Positions 9,278 through 16,169 of a stretch of DNA of 64,000 bases are shown piece by piece. The notes beneath the pieces are model-generated. The model was given only the letters and a program-made list of their open reading frames with translations. It ran no database searches and was not told the origin of the DNA. Positions within the stretch are counted from its first letter, which is position 1, and the number at the start of each line of letters is the position of its first letter. Location of the stretch: the IMG/VR virus record IMGVR_UViG_3300002092_000035, positions 27,155 through 91,154 of that record. One strand, 5' to 3'. The translations under genes and the position numbers were made by a program. The stretch comes from a virus.

Positions 9278-9670
9278 TTGGCTTTATTTCACAAACATCT
9301 CATCGTCCGTGCAGAAGTAAACGAACCAATCACGTGTCCTCAAACGGTATCTAAGATATGGATGCCAGCATTGATTGACCGTATTGGTATGAAGATTCTT
9401 ATGGGACCTTATGCTGTTTATAGTGAGATGGAGGGCAATCGTGGACTTACCTGTGCTACGATCATTGAAACTAGTCATATCGTGATGCACATCTGGGACG
9501 AGATTAGCCCTGCGACGGTTCAATTAGATGTCTATACTTGCGGTCCTTTAGACCCGTATGCTGTAGTAGAGTCACTCAAGGAAATGGACCCAGTCCACAT
9601 TGACATGAAGTATCTTGATCGTGAACATGACCTGATCGACCTGCCTGTTCCTGTTGAGTTTGAAGATTAA
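9278..9670 (+). CDS. speD: S-adenosylmethionine decarboxylase proenzyme
   Basis: IIETSHIVMHIWDE and LDVYTCG motifs; TTG start after AAAGG. Confidence 0.85.
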   Translation: MALFHKHLIVRAEVNEPITCPQTVSKIWMPALIDRIGMKILMGPYAVYSEMEGNRGLTCATIIETSHIVMHIWDEISPATVQLDVYTCGPLDPYAVVESLKEMDPVHIDMKYLDREHDLIDLPVPVEFED

Positions 9671-9682
9671 TTAAAAAAAGAC

Positions 9683-9744
9683 TTGACATCCATTATATAA
9701 TGTCGTAAGATGAGGACAGTTGAGAGATCAACTGTTCTTTGACA
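9683..9744 (+). promoter_or_regulatory. Sigma70 promoter followed by boxB hairpin and boxA-like site
   Basis: TTGACA-17-TAAGAT; ACAGTTGA-GAGA-TCAACTGT; TGTTCTTTGACA. Confidence 0.7.
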
Positions 9745-9807
9745 TCGTTAAATATTTTAACTGAAAAGTTTGTCTACCAAGCATAAATACATAATAGGAG
9801 AATTGTT

Positions 9808-10404
9808 ATGTATTGTGATTATGGCTGCGGACAGCCTTCTCAGTATCTGCTTAAGAATGGTAAAAAATGCTGTTCTAAACGACCTTCAGGTTGCCCAGAG
9901 ATAAAAAAGAAAAATTCTATTTCTACCAAAAAAGCATACGAAGTAGGGGCGAGACCATCTGCAAAAGATTCATACTTATTATTGAGTGAAAATGCTAAAG
10001 CTAGCATGAATTGGAATAAAGAAAATTATTCTTCAACTGAATTTGAATACGGTGGACCAGGGAGTCACAAAAAAGCCTTGATCAAGGAACGAGGTCATAA
10101 ATGTGAAGGTTGTGGATTGACCCGATGGCAGGAATCAATAATTCCTCTAGAATTAGAACACATCGACGGTGACAACAGAAATAACATAAAAGAAAACCTT
10201 AAGTTACTATGTTGTAATTGTCACGCTCTGACTTCTACCTGGCGAGGAAGAAATATTAATACAGGAAAAATTAAGGTCAGTGACGAAGAACTATTGACAG
10301 CATTAAAAGAGTGTAGTAGTATACGAAAGGCCCTACAAAAAGTAGGACTTACTCCTAAAGGAGGAAATTATATTAGAGCGAATAAGTTAAAGATGCGCCT
10401 GTAG
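9808..10404 (+). CDS. HNH homing endonuclease
   Basis: CDYGCG N-terminus; CEGC, LELEHIDGD..NN..ENL..LC.NCH; stop lies inside tRNA-Leu. Confidence 0.85.
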   Translation: MYCDYGCGQPSQYLLKNGKKCCSKRPSGCPEIKKKNSISTKKAYEVGARPSAKDSYLLLSENAKASMNWNKENYSSTEFEYGGPGSHKKALIKERGHKCEGCGLTRWQESIIPLELEHIDGDNRNNIKENLKLLCCNCHALTSTWRGRNINTGKIKVSDEELLTALKECSSIRKALQKVGLTPKGGNYIRANKLKMRL

Positions 10405-10471
10405 CCCAACCGGCAGAGGCCACAGACTTAAAATCTGTCAAGTATGAGTTCGAATCTCATCAGGCGCACCA
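10395..10471 (+). tRNA. tRNA-Leu(UAA), short variable loop
   Basis: CT TAA AA, A15-U48, A73, 5-nt variable region. Confidence 0.92.
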
Positions 10472-10512
10472 AACTTATTATACGACTTTGATCATTTAGA
10501 CGAAAGGAAAAA

Positions 10513-10752
10513 ATGTTCTATGAAAAATGTGCTGAATTACTCGGCACCACATATGAATGTAAACCTTTTCCCTACTGTCGACCTACTCGGTGGAACAATC
10601 GTTCTCCTGGGCAAGGTAGATATCCGGGCTTCGGTCAGATACGAAAATTTGGTAACGGATTCTATGTCTCACTCAGACATCCAATCTCGCATCAAAAATA
10701 CTATCGGCTAGAAGATGAAGTGTTTGCATTTCTCAGAGGTTTATCATTGTGA
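10513..10752 (+). CDS. Hypothetical protein
   Basis: 79 aa with AAAGGA SD. Confidence 0.7.
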   Translation: MFYEKCAELLGTTYECKPFPYCRPTRWNNRSPGQGRYPGFGQIRKFGNGFYVSLRHPISHQKYYRLEDEVFAFLRGLSL

Positions 10753-10845
10753 TAAACTTATTAGATGAATACACTTACTTATATTTTAACGGCCCTACAA
10801 GGCACGGGCGTATAAGAGCAGAGTGTATTCTTCTAACAAGTTTAT
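10752..10845 (+). ncRNA. Handle-stem small RNA, copy 1
   Basis: ATAAACTT-A-TTAGA-T-GAATACACT pairs with AGTGTATTC-T-TCTAA-C-AAGTTTAT. Confidence 0.6.
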
Positions 10846-10922
10846 GGTCCCTTAGATTACGCTGGCTAGATCGCTACCCTTTCAAGGTAGAGGAACGGGA
10901 TCGACACCCGTAGGGACTACCA
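10846..10922 (+). tRNA. tRNA-Glu(UUC)
   Basis: CT TTC AA; T loop ATCGACA; CCA. Confidence 0.92.
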
Positions 10923-10927
10923 ATAAC

Positions 10928-11011
10928 GGGGTAGAAGCATCAAGGTGATGCCGGGGACTGTAAATCCCCCGTCTTCGGACATGCCTGGTTCGATTCCAGG
11001 ATACCCCACCA
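10928..11011 (+). tRNA. tRNA-Tyr(GUA)
   Basis: CT GTA AA, long variable arm, CCA. Confidence 0.92.
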
Positions 11012-11016
11012 ATTAT

Positions 11017-11132
11017 GTGTCATCCTTAGGGAAGTGAATACGATGTCAAAAATCCTGGCCGGATCGGAAGTGGCGCCCCACTTGGGTCTTGACATTAAGT
11101 AGCTTTTGTGGTAACGCACAAATGACACACCA
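11017..11132 (+). ncRNA. tRNA-like RNA with acceptor stem, T-like arm and CCA but a branched middle domain
   Basis: GTGTCAT/ATGACAC-A-CCA; TTGTG/CACAA arm; ATGTCAA/TTGACAT enclosing two hairpins. Confidence 0.6.
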
Positions 11133-11145
11133 ATGATGCGATTTT

Positions 11146-11180
11146 GGACATGCCTGGTTCGATTCCAGGATACCCCACCA
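11146..11180 (+). repeat. 35-bp exact copy of the tRNA-Tyr 3' end (10977-11011)
   Basis: GGACATGCCTGGTTCGATTCCAGGATACCCCACCA occurs twice. Confidence 0.95.
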
Positions 11181-11221
11181 TTTTTTTAAGAGTAACAGTA
11201 ACAAAAACTAAATATCTATAT

Positions 11222-11311
11222 GGAGAGGTACTCAAGTGGTTTACGAGACTGGTCTTGAAAACCAGCGAGGATGAAAGTCCTCCGTGGGTTCGAATCCCAC
11301 CCTCTCCGCCA
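11222..11311 (+). tRNA. tRNA-Ser(UGA)
   Basis: CT TGA AA, long arm, G73-CCA. Confidence 0.95.
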
Positions 11312-11319
11312 ATGTTAAT

Positions 11320-11394
11320 GCGGGTATCGTATAGTGGTTATTACGTGGCCTTGCCAAGGCTAGGAGGAGGGTTCGATTCCCTCTACCCGCTCCA
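11320..11394 (+). tRNA. tRNA-Gly(GCC)
   Basis: TT GCC AA, U73-CCA. Confidence 0.95.
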
Positions 11395-11401
11395 ATTTTA
11401 T

Positions 11402-11493
11402 GGAGAGTTGCCAGAGTGGCCGAATGGGCTGGTTTGCTAAACCATTGTACCCCTCAAAGGGTACCGAGGGTTCGAATCCCTCACTCTCCGCCA
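11402..11493 (+). tRNA. tRNA-Ser(GCU)
   Basis: TT GCT AA, long arm, G73-CCA. Confidence 0.95.
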
Positions 11494-11510
11494 ATACACA
11501 GGTTGACATT

Positions 11511-11855
11511 ATGAACTTTGAGATAGATCCGGAATTTATAACATCCATCTCTGTAGTGACAGAGTATCATCGTGCTAAGGATCCTGCTAATCCAACCCCA
11601 GAAGAATTTATGGCCATCATAAAAGATGGACCCGTAAGAAGCACTTCTTACTCAACTGTAGATCATCCTGAATACGATAAGTTAAGGAATAATCTCGGAG
11701 ACCTCGGTTATATAAAGATTGAGCGTATGTGGTGGAACGGCGATCGGGTCCTAAAAAGATTTACATTGAATGGAATCCCGTTCAAAAAGGATGATCAATT
11801 TAGCTGTGCTAGCGCGATGAAGCATCATCTAGAATACAAGAGAAAATATAAATAG
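11511..11855 (+). CDS. Hypothetical protein
   Basis: Start re-placed at MNFEIDPEF, downstream of the tRNA. Confidence 0.7.
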   Translation: MNFEIDPEFITSISVVTEYHRAKDPANPTPEEFMAIIKDGPVRSTSYSTVDHPEYDKLRNNLGDLGYIKIERMWWNGDRVLKRFTLNGIPFKKDDQFSCASAMKHHLEYKRKYK

Positions 11856-11880
11856 ACACACTTACACAGAGGATACACAC

Positions 11881-12021
11881 ATGAATAAGTCACATTTACC
11901 AGCAATGCTGGCCACAAGTTTATTGCTATTCGTATTAGCATCAAACGCATATGTCATCTATATGACATACAAACATCCTGATTGGATGGTTCTCACTTAC
12001 ACATTGCCTCCCATCACTTAA
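11881..12021 (+). CDS. Small membrane protein (46 aa)
   Basis: GAGGA SD; MNKSHLPAMLATSLLLFVLAS... hydrophobic. Confidence 0.5.
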   Translation: MNKSHLPAMLATSLLLFVLASNAYVIYMTYKHPDWMVLTYTLPPIT

Positions 12022-12030
12022 TTTAAAAAA

Positions 12031-12072
12031 GGTCATTTTTCGGTTGACTTCGGGTATTCGGTTTGCTATATT
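12031..12072 (+). promoter_or_regulatory. Early sigma70-type promoter with upstream GGTCATTTTTCGG motif
   Basis: TTGACT-17-TATATT; the 18-mer recurs at 50404-50421 (-). Confidence 0.75.
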
Positions 12073-12109
12073 GAATCATAGACAGACACACACAAACGGA
12101 GTTACTCAG

Positions 12110-12457
12110 ATGGCTTATATGAATTCCGAAAAGAAGGCAATCATCGCTTCTAACTTGAAGCCTGTTCTTAAGAAGTTCGGTGTTAAAGGCAGCCTTTCAG
12201 TAGACCATCACTCAAGCATCGTGCTGACTCTCAAGTCCGGCAAGATTGAGTTTGGCTCTGATCGTCAGCAAGTGAATCCTTACTGGTTCCACGAGCATTA
12301 CGATGGTGTTGCTAAGGAGTTTCTGACCGAAGCATTTGCTGCTCTCAAGAGTGCAGGCTGGTACAACAATACTCGTTCAGAAATTGACTATTTTGACATC
12401 GCTTACTATGTTGACATCAACATCGGTAAGTGGAACAAGCCCTATCAATTTATTTAA
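12110..12457 (+). CDS. Conserved phage hypothetical protein
   Basis: MAYMNSEKK...DYFDIAYY.DINIGKWNKPY; GGAG SD. Confidence 0.8.
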   Translation: MAYMNSEKKAIIASNLKPVLKKFGVKGSLSVDHHSSIVLTLKSGKIEFGSDRQQVNPYWFHEHYDGVAKEFLTEAFAALKSAGWYNNTRSEIDYFDIAYYVDINIGKWNKPYQFI

Positions 12458-12472
12458 TTTAAGGAACATAAA

Positions 12473-12667
12473 ATGGGACTATCTACAGACTATCTCAATG
12501 CTGACCCTCTCTACAGACGGGCCCGGCAACTAGGTAACAGGCATGACCGGCCTTCTTTTGAAATTCAGCCGGGCGGAAGGATACATCCTCTTGTCACTGT
12601 TGCTATTTGGGCAGTGATCGTTCTAAGCACTGGTATCGGTGCCGCGATGTATGCCTCAAAACTTTAG
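12473..12667 (+). CDS. Hypothetical membrane protein
   Basis: AAGGA SD; C-terminal TM helix. Confidence 0.65.
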   Translation: MGLSTDYLNADPLYRRARQLGNRHDRPSFEIQPGGRIHPLVTVAIWAVIVLSTGIGAAMYASKL

Positions 12668-12673
12668 AATAAT

Positions 12674-12755
12674 GCGCCGGTGGCAGATCGGTAATGCGGT
12701 GGACTGCAAATCCACTCCGAAAGGGTAGTAGGTTCAATTCCTATCCGGCGCTCCA
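12674..12755 (+). tRNA. tRNA-Cys(GCA) with extended variable arm
   Basis: CT GCA AA, U73-CCA, variable TCC-GAAA-GGG. Confidence 0.92.
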
Positions 12756-12853
12756 ACTATATATCGGTACCGATTGAAGTCACCTGATGACATAGGGCGG
12801 ATCGGTTAAAAGAATGCATGTGTGACTGCCGATACCGTTGCATTGAAGATTAT

Positions 12854-12929
12854 ACCTGCGTAGCTCAGTGGTAGTAGCATCGTGCTGATAACACGAAGGT
12901 CGGTAGTTCAACTCTACCCGCAGGTACCA
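12854..12929 (+). tRNA. tRNA-Ile(GAU)
   Basis: CT GAT AA, A73-CCA. Confidence 0.95.
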
Positions 12930-13021
12930 ATTCTAAGGGTTATAGGCTCTCCGGCTGAGCATACGACTTTAAGTTAAATGCTCTAATAGGTATAAATATC
13001 AATGCACAACGGAGCATTGAT

Positions 13022-13597
13022 ATGGATAATAGAAAAAAACCCAAGACTGAAAAATGGCTTAAGGCTATGGCAGATCGAAGGGGCAATGGAGCTAATCAAT
13101 ATACTAAAGCCAAAGCATTAGGAAACCCAAAACCAGAATTGACTGCCGAACAAATACAAAAAAGAAAAAACAGTCATACAGGAAAAACTCATACAGAAGA
13201 AACTAAAGATAAAATAAGAATCAGTCGTTTAGCATTCCTGCAAGAAAACCCACACATGGTTCCTTATAAGCTGAATCACTACTCAAAAGGAAGATCATAT
13301 CCTGAAGAATACTGGAAAGCGGTGCTAGATTCAAACAACTTAATTTACGAAGAACAATATCAGATAGGAATATATCAACTAGATTTTGCCTTTGTTGATT
13401 TGAAAATAGATTTAGAGATTGATGGCGATCAGCATTATTTAGATCAACGGATAGCTGCTAGTGATATTAGAAGAACCAAATATCTTGAAGAATTGGGATG
13501 GAAAACGATAAGAGTAAGATGGTCAAACTATAAGAAACTAGCAGATAAAAAACAGTTTGTTGATGAAATTGTAAAAGCATTGAGTATGGGCTCGTAG
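13022..13597 (+). CDS. DUF559/Vsr-like endonuclease with NUMOD3-like repeat (homing endonuclease)
   Basis: GKTHTEETKDKI; EQYQIG.YQLDFAF...IDLEIDGDQH; stop inside tRNA-Lys. Confidence 0.82.
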   Translation: MDNRKKPKTEKWLKAMADRRGNGANQYTKAKALGNPKPELTAEQIQKRKNSHTGKTHTEETKDKIRISRLAFLQENPHMVPYKLNHYSKGRSYPEEYWKAVLDSNNLIYEEQYQIGIYQLDFAFVDLKIDLEIDGDQHYLDQRIAASDIRRTKYLEELGWKTIRVRWSNYKKLADKKQFVDEIVKALSMGS

Positions 13598-13672
13598 GAG
13601 AATTGGTAAACCCAGCAGACTTTTAATCTGCCGCGAGAGCATCTGTCGGTTCGAGTCCGACCGAGCCCACCA
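13588..13672 (+). tRNA. tRNA with UUU (Lys) anticodon on a class II, Leu-like body
   Basis: GGGCTCG/CGAGCCC-A-CCA; CT TTT AA; 13-nt variable region with GC-GAGA-GC. Confidence 0.9.
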
Positions 13673-13690
13673 AAAACTTAAAGGTGAACG

Positions 13691-14086
13691 ATGAAACATA
13701 AACTTTACTGTATTTTCGCAGACGAATCTGTTAAGAAAATGAACGGTATCAGGGGAAAAATGTGTACCCAGGCAGGCCACGCATATGTTCACTCAATATG
13801 GGATGCATTCGCACCAAGTTTCAACTTGATCAAAATGTTTCGTAAAATCAAACAGGCGTATGCTTATAAACACAGTGAACGTGCATACAAAATCACGCTG
13901 AGGATATCCACTGTGGATGAGCTTAAAGCTCTCCAGGAAAAGTACCGAGACATTTGTGGTACCAGTCTGGTAACGGATGCAGGTTTCACCGTGTTTGCTG
14001 AGCCGACTACTACTTGTCTTGGAATTGGTCCAATACGAGAAGATAAAATCGGTGACGATCTAAAGGCACTAAAAACGTTTACTTAA
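13691..14086 (+). CDS. Peptidyl-tRNA hydrolase type 2 (Pth2)
   Basis: GKMCTQAGHA, DAGFT, TCLGIGP motifs. Confidence 0.88.
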   Translation: MKHKLYCIFADESVKKMNGIRGKMCTQAGHAYVHSIWDAFAPSFNLIKMFRKIKQAYAYKHSERAYKITLRISTVDELKALQEKYRDICGTSLVTDAGFTVFAEPTTTCLGIGPIREDKIGDDLKALKTFT

Positions 14087-14087
14087 T

Positions 14088-14164
14088 GATGGGATAGCTC
14101 AGTTGGTCAGAGCGCAGGTCTCATACGCCTGATGTCGAAGGTTCAAATCCTTCTCCCATCACCA
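14088..14164 (+). tRNA. tRNA-Met(CAU), probably elongator
   Basis: CT CAT AC, paired 1-72, CCA. Confidence 0.88.
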
Positions 14165-14172
14165 AACTATAT

Positions 14173-14249
14173 GGCTCCTGGGTCTGCATGGTGAAGACAC
14201 CCGCCTGTCACGCGGGAGATGAGGGGATCGTTACCCCTAGGAGCCGCCA
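14173..14249 (+). tRNA. tRNA-Asp(GUC)
   Basis: CT GTC AC, G73-CCA; T loop ATCGTTA. Confidence 0.92.
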
Positions 14250-14323
14250 ATTTTAATACCCAAAACAGTTTACTCTCATGAGAGAGTGTACTATAATAAG
14301 AAAATCAGAGATAAGGAAATCAC

Positions 14324-14890
14324 ATGAAGATCACTCTACGCAAGGCCAACGCAATTCAAGTAGCTGTCAACGATGCTATCAAGGGTCTTGACTTTAATTC
14401 TGTTGTTCACATCAATGAGTTTCAGACTCCTGATGCAGAGATCAATGCACTTGCAACTAAGTTTGCAGATAATCTTGTTCGCCGGAATAGTTTGCTTGAC
14501 GCCCTTTACGAGATTCGTAAGGCAGTCGCATCGGCAAATGATAGCAACGGGATTGATGTTCGCCTAGCTGATGTCGCTCGTTTTGAGAAGGACTTACAGT
14601 TCTATAGCACCCACGCAAAGGGGTCTGTAATGACAGATTCTAATGTGATCGCTGGCAAGCTGGATAAGCTTCGTAACCGTAAGGAAGAATCTTATGGCTA
14701 CGGACGAGACGCTACAATTGACACTTCAATCTTTACAACAGCACTACTTGAATCCTTTAAGGGTATCGTCGTTGCTGCTAAGAAGGCAAAGCAGAAGTTA
14801 CAGGATGAACTCCTTGAGTTGAACGTCCGCACTGAGATTGAGTTCTCGGCTGCTACAGTCGCGACACTCACAAAGGAAGGCATCCTTTAA
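14324..14890 (+). CDS. Helical protein resembling the DIP1984 family
   Basis: MKITLRKA..Q start; I...N..NGI; C-terminal KQKLQDELLELNVRTEIE resembles the DIP1984 C-terminus (recalled, not searched). Confidence 0.55.
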   Translation: MKITLRKANAIQVAVNDAIKGLDFNSVVHINEFQTPDAEINALATKFADNLVRRNSLLDALYEIRKAVASANDSNGIDVRLADVARFEKDLQFYSTHAKGSVMTDSNVIAGKLDKLRNRKEESYGYGRDATIDTSIFTTALLESFKGIVVAAKKAKQKLQDELLELNVRTEIEFSAATVATLTKEGIL

Positions 14891-14930
14891 AGTTTGGTAG
14901 TTAGACCCCTCGCAGTGGGGGTAAATTGCC

Positions 14931-15164
14931 CGGAAGAGAAAAGAGAGATTAGAATAGACACCCGTTCCAATTAAATTGGAACCAGCATCCGAAGCTCTTG
15001 AAAAGCTTCTCGCTAGTATGATCTAACCGTATTTTGTTGCATATTGTGGTTGAGAAATACACTGGCTTATTGTAGATTGTTCTTTGTTGATTGTTTGGTA
15101 GGTTGTTCTTGTACGAGACACCGATGCAGTTTGCACAGTCTATCACTTGCTCTTTTCTTTTTCG
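14931..15164 (+). ncRNA. Candidate ~230-nt structured RNA with 7-nt periodic UUGU repeats
   Basis: 15-bp closing stem 14931-14945/15150-15164; inner ATAGAC/GTCTAT; TTGT at 15070, 15077, 15084, 15091. Confidence 0.6.
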
Positions 15165-15195
15165 TAATTATTTTTAAAAAAGTTGAAAATAGTTC

Positions 15196-15264
15196 TTGAC
15201 ATTGGTATGAGGACTATATATAATAAGAAAATAAGAGATGAGAAATCATCTTCGCTCTTTGAAA
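15196..15264 (+). promoter_or_regulatory. Consensus sigma70 promoter plus boxB/boxA-like site
   Basis: TTGACA-17-TATAAT; AGATGA-GAAA-TCATCT; CGCTCTTTGAAA. Confidence 0.75.
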
Positions 15265-15276
15265 TTGTAGAATTTA

Positions 15277-15368
15277 TATTCTCATTAGATGAATACACAG
15301 GACGGACATAGCCCCCGTAACACGGGGCAGAATGGTGGTGACGACAGTGTGTTCTTCTAATGAGAATA
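15277..15368 (+). ncRNA. Handle-stem small RNA, copy 2
   Basis: TATTCTCATTAGA-T-GAATACAC pairs with GTGTGTTC-T-TCTAATGAGAATA. Confidence 0.6.
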
Positions 15369-15457
15369 AGAATTGGGGGCATAGCCTCTTTAGGGTAGCA
15401 GGGAGTAATAAGTAGGTCGCAAGGCTAAAGGCATAAATACATTGAAGGAAACTTAAT

Positions 15458-16141
15458 ATGTATTATGTGTATATGCTTTTGGACCCACGTAAAGACAATA
15501 TCCCTTTCTATATCGGAAAAGGTATCGGTGATAGATGGAAAGACCATCTGAAAGAATCTGCTGATTCTACTATTAATGAGCGGAAGTTTTATACCATTCA
15601 AAAGATAGTTAAGTCGGGACTTGTAGTCGGCCACAAAATTGTCAACTGGTTTGATGATGAAGAACAGGCATATGCGTTTGAAGAACAGTTGATTACTAAG
15701 TATGGTAGGAAGGGTTACGACCCAAATGGCATACTGACTAATATCTGTTTAGATTCTAGGCCTCCTAGGTGGCAAGAGGGACCTAAGCGAGACGAAATAA
15801 TTCAAAAAATTAAAGCTACTAAAGCTAAAATGGATTTGTCTCACTCGCAACAGACCAAAGATGATATTGGAAATAAGTTGCGGGGCAAAAAAAAGCCGCC
15901 CCGATCAAAAGAACATTGTTTAGCGTTAAGTAACGCACTTAAAGGTAAACCGTTAACTAAGCCTTGCAAGGATGAAACAAGAAAGAAGCGTAGCGAGAAT
16001 CAGCTAGGAAAGAAAGCAACTGCTGAAACTTGTGAGGCAATATCCAAAGCATTGACAGGCAGAACATTGACGGAAGAGCATATAGAAAAAATACGAGCCG
16101 CAAGGCTTGCTGCTATTGCTCGTAAAAAAGAACAGGATTAG
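15458..16141 (+). CDS. GIY-YIG (LEM-3-like) homing endonuclease with NUMOD3 repeats
   Basis: YYVYML.DP....PFYIGKG.G.R; E..LI..YG; basic repeats. Confidence 0.85.
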   Translation: MYYVYMLLDPRKDNIPFYIGKGIGDRWKDHLKESADSTINERKFYTIQKIVKSGLVVGHKIVNWFDDEEQAYAFEEQLITKYGRKGYDPNGILTNICLDSRPPRWQEGPKRDEIIQKIKATKAKMDLSHSQQTKDDIGNKLRGKKKPPRSKEHCLALSNALKGKPLTKPCKDETRKKRSENQLGKKATAETCEAISKALTGRTLTEEHIEKIRAARLAAIARKKEQD

Positions 16142-16169
16142 TTTCAGAAAAGAAAGTATAAATAATATT

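Noticed and set aside
11017-11132. tmRNA
   Set aside because: Too short, no G3-U70 pair and no tag reading frame
11144-11510. ORFs 11144-11440 and the 5' part of 11400-11855
   Set aside because: They read through tRNA-Ser and tRNA-Gly genes; the real CDS starts at 11511
12784-12790. CTGATGA hammerhead core
   Set aside because: No stem II followed by GAAA; the motif sits in a simple CCT/AGG hairpin
14949-15382. Minus-strand ORFs of 65 and 79 aa
   Set aside because: Antisense to a + strand structured region and promoter; low-complexity products and no SD
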